This document shows positions 32,014 through 41,803 of a stretch of 64,000 nucleotides of DNA, piece after piece. Under the pieces are notes generated by a model. That model was not told the DNA's origin. It saw nothing but the letters and a program-made list of their open reading frames with translations, and ran no database searches. Position numbers and translations under genes: made by a program. This DNA is from Spirochaetaceae bacterium (lineage in GTDB: Bacteria; Spirochaetota; Spirochaetia; DSM-2461). Within the stretch, counting starts at the first letter, position 1. Every line of letters starts with the position of its first letter. Where the stretch lies: positions 416,001-480,000 of the forward strand of contig OZ245056.1 in the NCBI GenBank assembly GCA_965224705.1, written 5' to 3'.

Positions 32014-32646
32014 ATGAAAGCATTGATAAGAATCACAATCATTTTTCTCCTCCTGTCCTGTTCCCAACAAATCTCGAAAGAATCCATGAGAACCTATGCG
32101 GAGGCGCGCTCTGCCTATCTCAATGGGGATTTCGATACGGCCAGCCAGTTACTTGAAGTCCTGCTGCCGGAAAAATCACTGACCACACAGGTGATGTTCC
32201 TGTTGGCGAAAACGTATTTCATGCAGGGTAAAAACATGAAAACTGAAGAACTTCTTGAGAAGATCGTGAAACAAACACCTGAACATGCTGATGCCAGGCT
32301 CTGGCTGGCGAGAACAAAAATTGCCCTTGATGAACCTCTGGAAGCCCGGGCAATCCTTGAATGGGAACTGCTCTGGAGTGGAGAGGATCCAAGAATCCTG
32401 GCTCTGATGGGAGCCTGTCAGCAGATTCTTGGTGAAACAGACAAAGCCATGGACTACTATCGCCGTGCCGCACTGTTTGAGGATGAATTGGTAAAGATAT
32501 ATCTTTCCCTGGCAGCAATATACGGTCGCAGCCGAATTAAGAAGATGGAGGAATACTATGTATACAAAGCAGAATCCATTGCATCAGCTGACAGTCTTTT
32601 TGCAGGTGCAGTTCAAGCGGCAAGGACAGCAATTGATAAGAAATAG
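32014..32646 (+). CDS. TPR lipoprotein
   Basis: Lipobox LLLSC; TPR repeats. Confidence 0.75.
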   Translation: MKALIRITIIFLLLSCSQQISKESMRTYAEARSAYLNGDFDTASQLLEVLLPEKSLTTQVMFLLAKTYFMQGKNMKTEELLEKIVKQTPEHADARLWLARTKIALDEPLEARAILEWELLWSGEDPRILALMGACQQILGETDKAMDYYRRAALFEDELVKIYLSLAAIYGRSRIKKMEEYYVYKAESIASADSLFAGAVQAARTAIDKK

Positions 32647-33097
32647 GAAGGTCTTTCTTTTCCCCATCATCATTTCCTTACTCACATCCTGCCTGGGGAC
32701 AACGAAAGTGATGATTGTACGGGATGGGCCTGACCGGCATACAAGGTTTCAACTTGATAAGCTGACCATTGATGGTTTCAATGCCTTCGACAATTTCAAA
32801 GAGGAAATCAGGGAACTTCAAATCAGTTCTGCCGCAATGGCTGATCTGATACTGACGGAGGAATCAGAAACCAACAGTTCGCCGTGGCTGGTTGATGTGT
32901 ACTACAGGAGTGCTGAAGTTTTCAGGGGATTCCAGAGGACACAGAGCAGTGCTGTGATACTGACAGTCAAAGACAAATATGGGGGTATCTATTCCAAAGT
33001 TTATCATACAAAACAGGGGGATGCCGGCTTCGACGATGTATCCATTCTGATGGACAGTACCATGAATGTGTGGCTGCTGCTTGCAGAAAAACTATGA
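32633..33097 (+). CDS. Hypothetical lipoprotein
   Basis: TTG 32633 gives MIRNRKVFLFPIIISLLTSC lipoprotein signal. Confidence 0.6.
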   Translation: MIRNRKVFLFPIIISLLTSCLGTTKVMIVRDGPDRHTRFQLDKLTIDGFNAFDNFKEEIRELQISSAAMADLILTEESETNSSPWLVDVYYRSAEVFRGFQRTQSSAVILTVKDKYGGIYSKVYHTKQGDAGFDDVSILMDSTMNVWLLLAEKL

Positions 33098-34494
33098 GAA
33101 CCCTTACAGATAAACAGCTGTTGATTTTTCTTCTGATTGTATGCGGGGCAGGCATTCCCGGTCTGGCCTCTGAGGAGGGAGCCGTTGTACTGGATCTCTC
33201 CACTGCGATTGCCATGACTCTCGCAGAATCTCAGGATCTTGGAAACGGCCGGTTTTCATTGGAAGCAGCAGAAATCCAGCGGCGGCTTATATTCCAGGCA
33301 TTCTTTCCAGCATTGTCTGTTGAGTATTCCAGTGGAGATTCCATAGTCAACAATGCCGCCGATACAAAAAAAACAGAAATAAAAATAGCTCTTCTCCAAC
33401 CGGTTTTTCAGGGGGGACGAGTACTCCATTCCCTCCGTCGAAAAAAATTGGAACTGGATCAGGGTCAACAGGAATTAAAATCTCTGGCCGATGAACAAAG
33501 GCTGTTATGCTACTCAAATTACTTCTCATATTTGATACAGAAGGAAAAAATTCTTCACCAGGAGGAAATAGTCTCCATAGCTCAGGATCAGCTGCGAATC
33601 TCCCGGACAGAATTTGAACTGGGTCGAATACGGGAAACAGACTTTTTGGAAACAGACCTGGAAGTTCAGGGCATGATTCAGGGGTTGGAAACCCAGTATC
33701 AAACATTGAAGGAAGCAGCTTACAGTTTGCGGCAGCTGCTAGGATTGGAGCCGGATCAACCCTTTCACATCCTGGAAAGACTTCCGGTCAATTATTCAGG
33801 TATCGAAATAAATCACCCTTCTGAGGAGCTTATCATCATGGCACTGCGATCCAATTACCAGATCCGCCAGGGATTGCTGGAACTTGAATCCAAAAGAATG
33901 GACTATAAATCAGCGAAAGCTCAATGGCTGCCAACCCTGTCAGTTGAGGGATCTATGACGCTGTCAGGAGATGGATACCCCGTACAGAACGCCAACTATG
34001 CCATTAAACTCAATCTACAGTTTCCTCTTCCATGGGCTTCCGTTTCCGGTTCACTGGGAATTACCTCATCATCAAATAATAATTCAGGCACCACAGGCGA
34101 ACTTGGATTTCGAATACCTCAAAACACAGAGTATGCAGTCAATGCTAAAACAGCATCCCTGGCGTTGAGCAACACACAGGAACGGTACGAAACCCTTCAG
34201 AAGAATTTACGTTTCCAGATTCGCAATACACTGAGCCGCTACGACGGTATGCGAAAATCTCTTCAGATGTCGAACAAACAGGTAGCCCTCCTGAAACGCC
34301 GTCTGGAAATTCTTGAATTGGAAGTTGACCTTGGAACCACCACGAGGCTGGATTTCATTACAGCACAGAATGAATACATTGAAAAAGTTCTCGCCCTTCT
34401 GGAAGGGACTCTGGAACTCCTATTGACTGAGCGGGCCCTTGAATCACTCATCGGGCTGCCATTCAACACCCTGACACATTCGAGGTATCCATGA
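33094..34494 (+). CDS. TolC-family outer membrane efflux protein
   Basis: Two OEP repeats (FFPALSV..QPVFQGG; WLPTLSV), ELG..TRLDF; ATGA coupling. Confidence 0.85.
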   Translation: MRTLTDKQLLIFLLIVCGAGIPGLASEEGAVVLDLSTAIAMTLAESQDLGNGRFSLEAAEIQRRLIFQAFFPALSVEYSSGDSIVNNAADTKKTEIKIALLQPVFQGGRVLHSLRRKKLELDQGQQELKSLADEQRLLCYSNYFSYLIQKEKILHQEEIVSIAQDQLRISRTEFELGRIRETDFLETDLEVQGMIQGLETQYQTLKEAAYSLRQLLGLEPDQPFHILERLPVNYSGIEINHPSEELIIMALRSNYQIRQGLLELESKRMDYKSAKAQWLPTLSVEGSMTLSGDGYPVQNANYAIKLNLQFPLPWASVSGSLGITSSSNNNSGTTGELGFRIPQNTEYAVNAKTASLALSNTQERYETLQKNLRFQIRNTLSRYDGMRKSLQMSNKQVALLKRRLEILELEVDLGTTTRLDFITAQNEYIEKVLALLEGTLELLLTERALESLIGLPFNTLTHSRYP

Positions 34495-35852
34495 CTGAGT
34501 TCTATCTCCTGGCGGCAGTTTCACTCCTCATCCTTTCAGGAAGCAATTTACAATCAAACAGTGTTCCTGCGGAAGAGTCTTCTGAACTGGGCGCATATAA
34601 ACCACCGGTCAAAACCCTGATCACCGAATCCGAAGAGATTCAGAACCAGATCTACTCCAGCGGCAACATCAGCTATGCCCGCAAAGCGGATATCACCGTG
34701 TCCGTTGATGGCCGGTACAAAACCCTTAACTATGAGGAAGGAGATAAAGTGACCTCCGGAGCTGTGGTTGCCCAACTCTCCAATGTACAGGTGGAAATTC
34801 AACTCTCAAGAGCCATTGCTGCGGTGAGTTCTGCCAGAGCCGAACTGACCTTAGCGCAGGCCAATTATGATGAAGGCCGGAATCAATTCGAGGCCCGCTT
34901 CCTGGGAATTGAAAAAACGGCACTGGAAATAAAACAGAAGGACAGAGAACTCCAGGAATTGCATAGAACCCATGAGGATCAGGCGGCTCTGTTTGAAGTT
35001 GGAGGCATTACGGAATCTGCTCTGCGATCTGTAAAACTGACCTTCCAATCGGCGGCGACTGAACTGGATCTCCTTAAAAAAGACCTTGAAATACGGAGAA
35101 TTGGTCTTCGCGAACAGGATGTAACTATTCAGGGACTGACAGTTCCCGAAGATGCAGAGGAATTAAAACGAGTTCTTACAGACATCAATACCCGTACCCT
35201 GCTTGCCGAGAAAAAAGTTGCAGAAGCAAGATTGATTTCTGCCCAGAAGGAGTTGGAATCGGCACAGGCCCTTGTTGAGGAACTCTCTCTGAAATCCCCA
35301 ATCACCGGAGTTATTGGAGCACGGGGTCCTGAAGTGGGTGAGAAGGCCTCTCCCGGAGACAATGTTTATACAGTTTTCGAGAGCAGAAAACTTCATGTTG
35401 TATTTCCAATCCAGGAGGCCGATGCGATTGGAATCAGTCGGGGGATGGAAGTAGAGGTTGAAATTGATGCCCTGCCCGGTAAAAAATTCACCGCCGTTAC
35501 CGACAGAATTTCACCCATAGTGGATCCCTATTCCGGAAATGTTACTATCCGTGCGGTCCTTGAAGGCAGGGATCTGGATCTCCAGCCTGGAATGTTTGCC
35601 AGAGTGACTATAAAGATCGGATCTCCACGTTCAGCCATTCTCATCCCCCGGAGTACTCTTGTCAGCAAAAGGGGTGAATCCGGTTCGATATATACAGTGA
35701 GAAATGGCAGGGTCTACATCAAATCCCTGCAGCTGGGTCAGATGTTTGATGGAAATATAGAAGTGCTGGAAAATCTTACCGAAGGAGAACTCATAATCGA
35801 TGATCCCTCTCCCATTCTCAGGGAAGGAGAGGAGGTAAACCCTGGGCACTGA
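34491..35852 (+). CDS. RND periplasmic adaptor (membrane fusion protein)
   Basis: Lipoyl motifs EGDKV and KSPITGVI, long alpha hairpin, LQPGMFARV. Confidence 0.88.
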   Translation: MTEFYLLAAVSLLILSGSNLQSNSVPAEESSELGAYKPPVKTLITESEEIQNQIYSSGNISYARKADITVSVDGRYKTLNYEEGDKVTSGAVVAQLSNVQVEIQLSRAIAAVSSARAELTLAQANYDEGRNQFEARFLGIEKTALEIKQKDRELQELHRTHEDQAALFEVGGITESALRSVKLTFQSAATELDLLKKDLEIRRIGLREQDVTIQGLTVPEDAEELKRVLTDINTRTLLAEKKVAEARLISAQKELESAQALVEELSLKSPITGVIGARGPEVGEKASPGDNVYTVFESRKLHVVFPIQEADAIGISRGMEVEVEIDALPGKKFTAVTDRISPIVDPYSGNVTIRAVLEGRDLDLQPGMFARVTIKIGSPRSAILIPRSTLVSKRGESGSIYTVRNGRVYIKSLQLGQMFDGNIEVLENLTEGELIIDDPSPILREGEEVNPGH

Positions 35853-37284
35853 ATCGAAATGGCTGTTCAATCTGATCATCATACTGACCTCCTCATGCAG
35901 TCTGATCAATCTTCAATCCTTCAACATTTCTTCCTGGCCTGATACAAGGAATCAAATTCTTCCAATGGATGCTGTTATCTGGGTGGAATTTCCCGAAGAT
36001 GTGAACCATACAAGGGCCGAAGAAGCCGTATCTGTCAGCAATCATCTGGGTGCCGTTGAATGTGAGTATACATGGACGGAGAATCGAATACATCTTCAGC
36101 CGAGAAACCCATGGATTCCCGGTTACCGAAACACGCTGATCATCGATGGAGTTTTCAATCTACCGGACAATCGGGAGTACAGGGTCAATCAGATTGTTCC
36201 ATTTCACATTCTTACTTCCAATAATGTACCAATTCTTCTTGGATTCCAGCCGGATGATGAGGCCATTGTTACACAAACAGAGCCACTGGTTCTACGTTTC
36301 TCCAGATCAATGGATGAGGCCTCATTTCAGGAAGCCCTGAGAATAAAACCAGATTCTGACGTGAATTATGCCTGGACCCCGGATAGCAGCATGGTAACGG
36401 TTTCACCGGACAAAGAATGGAAAAGCTTAACACGACACTCGGTGACCATTCCTGAAAGCATCACAGACAAAACCGGCGTACCTCTGGCCGAAGAATACAT
36501 CTTCAATTTTCGCACTATTAATGACACGGTCCCTCCCCTACTCCAGAACTCCCATCCCTGGAGCATGAAGAGCAGCCAGTTTCTTACAAATCTAACCCTG
36601 GACGACATCGACAACAATCTTGGGATATATCTTCAGTTTGATGAATCCATTGACTGGGACACTCTGGAATCAGCCTGGTCAATAGATCCGGATATGACAT
36701 TTCAGACCGTCATTCTTAGTAGCAGTTCAGCCGCATTCATTCCTGAGGACAGGTGGACGCCGGAGGAAAGCTACACAATCACCATCGATGAAAACTGTCA
36801 GGATTTATCCGGTAACAGATTGATTGAACCGATAACGGTTGAATTCACCTGTGCCATTCTTCGCCAGGAGGTGACGGCCATTTCCCACTCAACAGCCGAT
36901 CCAGTGAACGATCTTACAGCAGGCTCCCCTGCCAGCAGCATTCCCCTCAGTTTGGAGACAGGTCCCGAAGCATCGCATGGGTTTTCCCTTACCTTAAGCC
37001 AGCCCCTGAGTGTGGAAAGATTGCCGGATTTTATCGGCACAATAACCATCACTGCGGTGTTTCCATCCACCATTTCAACACCAGAGCTGGCCCATGCTTC
37101 ATTGATCACACCCCTTACTCTGGAACTCCACTATAAGAATTTCAGCCCTGCCATTTCCGGAACTCAGGTGAATCATTATTATCGCATGTCCCAGAATGCC
37201 AACCCGGATAAAACTGTCAACGATGCAGGCTCCCATGTTACCGAAAACTGGACAATTCTCTACGTCCTTGAGGCTTCTCCGTGA
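35842..37284 (+). CDS. Ig-like (Big_5/SbsA-type) repeat lipoprotein
   Basis: Repeated LRFSRSMD/DxxGxxLxExYxFxF/DTVPP units; in-frame CTG at 35842 after GGAGGT yields lipoprotein signal ending LTSSC. Confidence 0.7.
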   Translation: MGTESKWLFNLIIILTSSCSLINLQSFNISSWPDTRNQILPMDAVIWVEFPEDVNHTRAEEAVSVSNHLGAVECEYTWTENRIHLQPRNPWIPGYRNTLIIDGVFNLPDNREYRVNQIVPFHILTSNNVPILLGFQPDDEAIVTQTEPLVLRFSRSMDEASFQEALRIKPDSDVNYAWTPDSSMVTVSPDKEWKSLTRHSVTIPESITDKTGVPLAEEYIFNFRTINDTVPPLLQNSHPWSMKSSQFLTNLTLDDIDNNLGIYLQFDESIDWDTLESAWSIDPDMTFQTVILSSSSAAFIPEDRWTPEESYTITIDENCQDLSGNRLIEPITVEFTCAILRQEVTAISHSTADPVNDLTAGSPASSIPLSLETGPEASHGFSLTLSQPLSVERLPDFIGTITITAVFPSTISTPELAHASLITPLTLELHYKNFSPAISGTQVNHYYRMSQNANPDKTVNDAGSHVTENWTILYVLEASP

Positions 37285-38807
37285 GGTGTTCAGCCCTGTT
37301 TATTCTGCTCGTTACAGGCTGTAATTTCTTTGATATCATCAATACAGAAAGTCTTGAAATCACCGGCTTTACACCTGACTCGAAATTCATCAATACGGCT
37401 GACCTCCATGGGATCTCCATTACTTTTTCCCGAATTCCAGATCTTACTCTGGCCGAAGAAGCTTTTACTCTTACAGATGACGGCCTCCCATCCTATGGAG
37501 AATTTGCATGGTCAGGTTCCACCATGATGTTTCAGCCCTATGCAGGTTGGAAGAATGGAGTTCAGTATGAAATGAAGGTGGAAACCTCTGTCGAAGATTT
37601 CCGCGGCCGCTCCCTGAGTCAGGATTTTGTGCATTCTTTTACAACCCGTTCCGAAGAGACAAGGCCATTCATTGTATCATCAACACCAGGTGATGGAACA
37701 GGTACTTCCCAGCTCCGCCCCCGGATAACTGTTCGGTTTTCTGAGCCCATGGATGTGGGTACTGTTGCTGAATCATTGAGCATATATCCAGATATGGATG
37801 GCATTCTTCTCTGGGACAGTGCAGGTGAGTTATTCTCCTACATCCTCACAGAAGATCTGGACTGGCAGACAGAATATGAAGTAACAGTAACCGACAGGGC
37901 TACCGATGCTCAGAACAATTCTCTGGCAGAAGAATGGACATGTAAATTTTATATCGGTACCGATTTAATCAATCCCTCCCTCCTCTCACTGAGTACAACA
38001 GGCTCCAGTCGGACCGCAGTACAGGACAGTCTTGAAGATTCAGTACTCACCGTGACACCAGACTGGGAAACCCATTGGCCTGTTGTTTTGAATTTTTCCG
38101 AATCCATGAACACCGAAAGCTTCCAGGGAAATCTGAACATCTCTCCTGGAATTAACTGGACTGAGAACTGGAATACCGACTCCACCCTGCTCACACTCAC
38201 GCCCGATCCAGAATTCTCATGGGATACAACTTACACAATAGTCATTGAAACAGGTATCACCGATATTCAGGGGAATAGCCTGGATACAGAATACCATTTC
38301 ACCCTTCGTACCAACGGCCCCGGTTCCAAACCTCCAGAAGTGGCGGCTGTTGCCCTGTACACAGATCCTGCCGATTCCGGATCGGCCGTTATCCCCACTC
38401 CCTACTCAGCGGTGAGTTTCGCAAATTTCATCGCTCCTCCTGGAAACAGATTCTCGGGAAACTCCATAATTGATGTCTTCCTGGATATGGCCGATGGAGC
38501 CATTCCCGATGTGCTGTCTCTGGCTGAAAATTTCAGGGTAAGAAGAGGGGGCGTCAGGGAGTTTCACATCCTGGCTGCAGCCCGGAAGGATGCCGCTTTC
38601 AATCCTCCCAATTTTGGAACAACAGAATTTGATCCTGCTGATCCAAAAACAGCCTATAACGACTGGGTACGCTTCATTGTTTACATTGACAACAATGACT
38701 CCTCGGCCACCGGAATAATGACATTGACTATTACCGGAGAGTTTACTGATAGTTCTGGCCGTAAAATGGGTAAGGACTGGACAATGCCTGTTCTGATAAC
38801 GGACTAG
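37281..38807 (+). CDS. Ig-like (Big_5/SbsA-type) repeat lipoprotein
   Basis: MRCSALFILLVTGC lipobox; FSEPMD, FSESMN, DIQGNSL repeats. Confidence 0.8.
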   Translation: MRCSALFILLVTGCNFFDIINTESLEITGFTPDSKFINTADLHGISITFSRIPDLTLAEEAFTLTDDGLPSYGEFAWSGSTMMFQPYAGWKNGVQYEMKVETSVEDFRGRSLSQDFVHSFTTRSEETRPFIVSSTPGDGTGTSQLRPRITVRFSEPMDVGTVAESLSIYPDMDGILLWDSAGELFSYILTEDLDWQTEYEVTVTDRATDAQNNSLAEEWTCKFYIGTDLINPSLLSLSTTGSSRTAVQDSLEDSVLTVTPDWETHWPVVLNFSESMNTESFQGNLNISPGINWTENWNTDSTLLTLTPDPEFSWDTTYTIVIETGITDIQGNSLDTEYHFTLRTNGPGSKPPEVAAVALYTDPADSGSAVIPTPYSAVSFANFIAPPGNRFSGNSIIDVFLDMADGAIPDVLSLAENFRVRRGGVREFHILAAARKDAAFNPPNFGTTEFDPADPKTAYNDWVRFIVYIDNNDSSATGIMTLTITGEFTDSSGRKMGKDWTMPVLITD

Positions 38808-38815
38808 GAGCAAGC

Positions 38816-41803
38816 ATGACTCGTTTCATTCTGTTCATTCTATCACGGCCCATCGCCAGCATCATCCTGTTCACAGGTATCGCCGCAGGAGGAGTAATTT
38901 CCTCTACCAGTATTCCATTGGATTTCCTTCCGCGAATGGAAGTACCCCGAATTACGGTAGCAACGGCCTTTCAGGGTCTTCCAGCATCCGATGTCCGTGA
39001 ACTCATCACCATACCACTGGAAGATGCATTATCGGGTTTAAATGGCTTGAAGAGAATACGGTCATTTTCAAGAGATGGTTCATCGCTCATCCAGCTGATA
39101 TTGAAATGGGGCAGTTCCATGGATACGGCAGCCCTTCAGGTAAGAGAGATCATCGATGTGGCCAGTGTTTCCCTGCCAGGTCAGTCAGAAAAACCTCTTG
39201 TTCTTCCTGTTGACCCTGGAGAAGCCCCTGTCATCCTTCTTGGTATCTTCCCCAGAACGGGTGTGAATCCATCCCTGATTCGGGAAATGGCCAATCGGGA
39301 AATTCGGGCGGCCCTGCAGCAGGTCGAGGGGGTGGGCTCCATCCAGGTATCCGGGGGGCAGCAGGAGTATATTGAAGTCAAAGTTGATCAATCCCGCCTC
39401 GCCCGGACCGGTCTTTCCCTCTCGGTACTGTCAGATACCATCGGGGGCATGAATGCCGAATACCCGTCCGGAAGCATTAACGACGGCGACACACGGTACA
39501 TCATCAAAACCGATGGACGGCGTCAATCCGTGGAGGAAATCTCACGAACAGGACTTGTTGGAAACAATGCTGCCAGTTTAATCCGTGTACAGGATGTAGC
39601 CCAGGTTCAGCGGGAACCAGGAAAGAGACAGGCATTTCTTATCACCGATGGGAGAGAGGGTGTCGCAATGCTGATAAGACGAAACCGGGGATTCAGTCCC
39701 GTTACTCTGAGCCGCAACCTCAGAACCCGCATACCAGATCTCAACCGCACTTTTTCAGGTGATTTACAGATCCAGTTTATCTATGACCGCTCCGAAGAAA
39801 TATCGTCCAGCATCAGGCGTCTGTTTCTATCCGGTATCGCTGGAGCTCTTGCAGCCTTTGTTGTACTCTGGCTCTATCTCCGCCGACTCAGCTATGCCTT
39901 AATCACCATAACAGCCATTCCCCTTTCCATTCTGGGAACCATTCTCTCCCTCAAGTTCATGGGTATCACCTTCAACATAATGTCGCTTGGGGGACTCACT
40001 CTCGGGTTAGGGATGCTGGTGGATAATACCGTGGTTGTTCTTGAGAATCTTGTCAGGAAAGCCCATTGCAGTGGTAATTTCAGTATCGCAGAATCCACTT
40101 CTGAGATTGCCTCTTCCACCGTAGGTTCCACACTCACCAGCATTGTTGTTTTCCTACCCCTCCTCTTCCTGCCCGGACTGCATGGTGAGCTTTTCAGTGA
40201 CCTGGCCTGGGCCGTCATCCTATCCCTTGTCTTCTCTTTTCTGGTGTCAATAACGTGGGGGCCGCTGTTGTTTTCAAAACTGAATTTCAAGGGAGCATCT
40301 CCCCTCCCCGATCGTCCATCGAAGAGTGTTCGACTTTTATTCAAGAAACAGCTGCGCCATCCCGGCCGATGGATATTCCCCGCAGTCATGTTCATGGCGG
40401 CCGGTGTATTGATTGCATCGGGGATGAGTTTCCGCTGGCTGCAGCCCATTCATCAATCCCGTATCGATGTTGTGGTAAAACATCCATCAGGAACCACCAT
40501 TGAGCACCAGTTTCTAACCGCTGGAGAACTGGTCAACTACCTGAAAGATGAATCCAGCATCATTTCCGTCAGTGTAACAGGCGGAGGCAGTCTCCAGGAT
40601 CCTTACTTCCTTGCCGATCCATCCCGAAGCCGGGAACGAATGGATCTACATGTATTTCTTGAACCAGATTCAAATTGGACGCCCAATCTGCTGCAGGAGG
40701 ATCTGCAGAACAGGCTGGGCGAAGGAATAAGCGTCAGGGCAGAATATCCCCGGGATTTATTAAGCCAGGTGCTCAATCTGTCTGAGGGCAGAATCCGCCT
40801 CATCGTTCCGGGAAAGGATACCGAATCGGCTGTAAAACTGGCCATGAACATACAATCAAATACGAAGGGGAATGAGGAAATCGATATTATCCAGGGAAAC
40901 AAAAAACCCCTGCTCCGTTTACAGCCTGACCGGCAGGCCCTCCACCGATACGGTTTGAACCCTGCCTCTCTGGCAGGAATCGTTGGTACTGCTGTCAATG
41001 GGCAGGTAGTCAGTTTCCTGGAGGAGACAGGCCGCCGCATTCCAATAAGGGTAAGGCTGAGAGAAGAGGATAGAAAAAACCGCCGAATTCTGGAGGAATT
41101 GAGCATCCGTGCAGCAAAAGATGCGGTGTTGAAACTTGGTGATGTGACGACTTTTATTGAACATGAAGACTATCCTGTCCTCCACCGGGAGGAGCGGAGA
41201 GATGTTGTGAGAATTGAAGTGCCTTCCCATCAGGCAGGAAAGTGGTTGAGTCAATGGAAGGGGCATATCATCCATCCTGAATCAGAGCTCATTCAAACTC
41301 AGCGAAAGGCCTTCATCCACCTCATCCTGCTGGCTGTTGGGCTTCTTTACATTCTTCTGGGCATACAATTCAACAGCTCTGGACTACCCATTATGCTTCT
41401 TTGCGCACAGCCCCTTCCTCTGGTTGGTACAGTTTCACTTCTCTGGGTAACAGGTTTGGAACTCACACTGAGCAGTCTTCTGGGCATGCTGATGGTACTG
41501 GGATTGAGCATCAACAATGCCATCCTACTCTATGAAAACTACCGCCGCAAACGGCTGAAGGGCATGTCTCCGGGACTGACAATTTACCTTGGAACATTCG
41601 AGTGCATGCGTCCCATTATGATTACAACGTGTACAAGTATTGCCGCCATGCTTCCCCTGGCGTTGGATTTCTCCGGTCGAAATCCCCAGCAGGGTCTGGC
41701 CCTGGCGGTCACTGGGGGATTGGGTGCTGCCATACCCGCTGCATTGTTCTGCCTGCCTGCTCTCTTCTATTTCTATTTCACTCAGCAGGATCACAGGTTA
41801 TGA
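38816..41803 (+). CDS. RND permease (AcrB/AcrD/AcrF family)
   Basis: RPIAS N-terminus, GMLVDNTVVVLEN, RPIMITT; two-fold TM/periplasmic architecture. Confidence 0.9.
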   Translation: MTRFILFILSRPIASIILFTGIAAGGVISSTSIPLDFLPRMEVPRITVATAFQGLPASDVRELITIPLEDALSGLNGLKRIRSFSRDGSSLIQLILKWGSSMDTAALQVREIIDVASVSLPGQSEKPLVLPVDPGEAPVILLGIFPRTGVNPSLIREMANREIRAALQQVEGVGSIQVSGGQQEYIEVKVDQSRLARTGLSLSVLSDTIGGMNAEYPSGSINDGDTRYIIKTDGRRQSVEEISRTGLVGNNAASLIRVQDVAQVQREPGKRQAFLITDGREGVAMLIRRNRGFSPVTLSRNLRTRIPDLNRTFSGDLQIQFIYDRSEEISSSIRRLFLSGIAGALAAFVVLWLYLRRLSYALITITAIPLSILGTILSLKFMGITFNIMSLGGLTLGLGMLVDNTVVVLENLVRKAHCSGNFSIAESTSEIASSTVGSTLTSIVVFLPLLFLPGLHGELFSDLAWAVILSLVFSFLVSITWGPLLFSKLNFKGASPLPDRPSKSVRLLFKKQLRHPGRWIFPAVMFMAAGVLIASGMSFRWLQPIHQSRIDVVVKHPSGTTIEHQFLTAGELVNYLKDESSIISVSVTGGGSLQDPYFLADPSRSRERMDLHVFLEPDSNWTPNLLQEDLQNRLGEGISVRAEYPRDLLSQVLNLSEGRIRLIVPGKDTESAVKLAMNIQSNTKGNEEIDIIQGNKKPLLRLQPDRQALHRYGLNPASLAGIVGTAVNGQVVSFLEETGRRIPIRVRLREEDRKNRRILEELSIRAAKDAVLKLGDVTTFIEHEDYPVLHREERRDVVRIEVPSHQAGKWLSQWKGHIIHPESELIQTQRKAFIHLILLAVGLLYILLGIQFNSSGLPIMLLCAQPLPLVGTVSLLWVTGLELTLSSLLGMLMVLGLSINNAILLYENYRRKRLKGMSPGLTIYLGTFECMRPIMITTCTSIAAMLPLALDFSGRNPQQGLALAVTGGLGAAIPAALFCLPALFYFYFTQQDHRL

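Noticed and set aside
41602..41799. Extended start of the second RND gene
   Set aside because: Overlaps the first RND gene by 200 bp; ATGA coupling at 41800 is more plausible.
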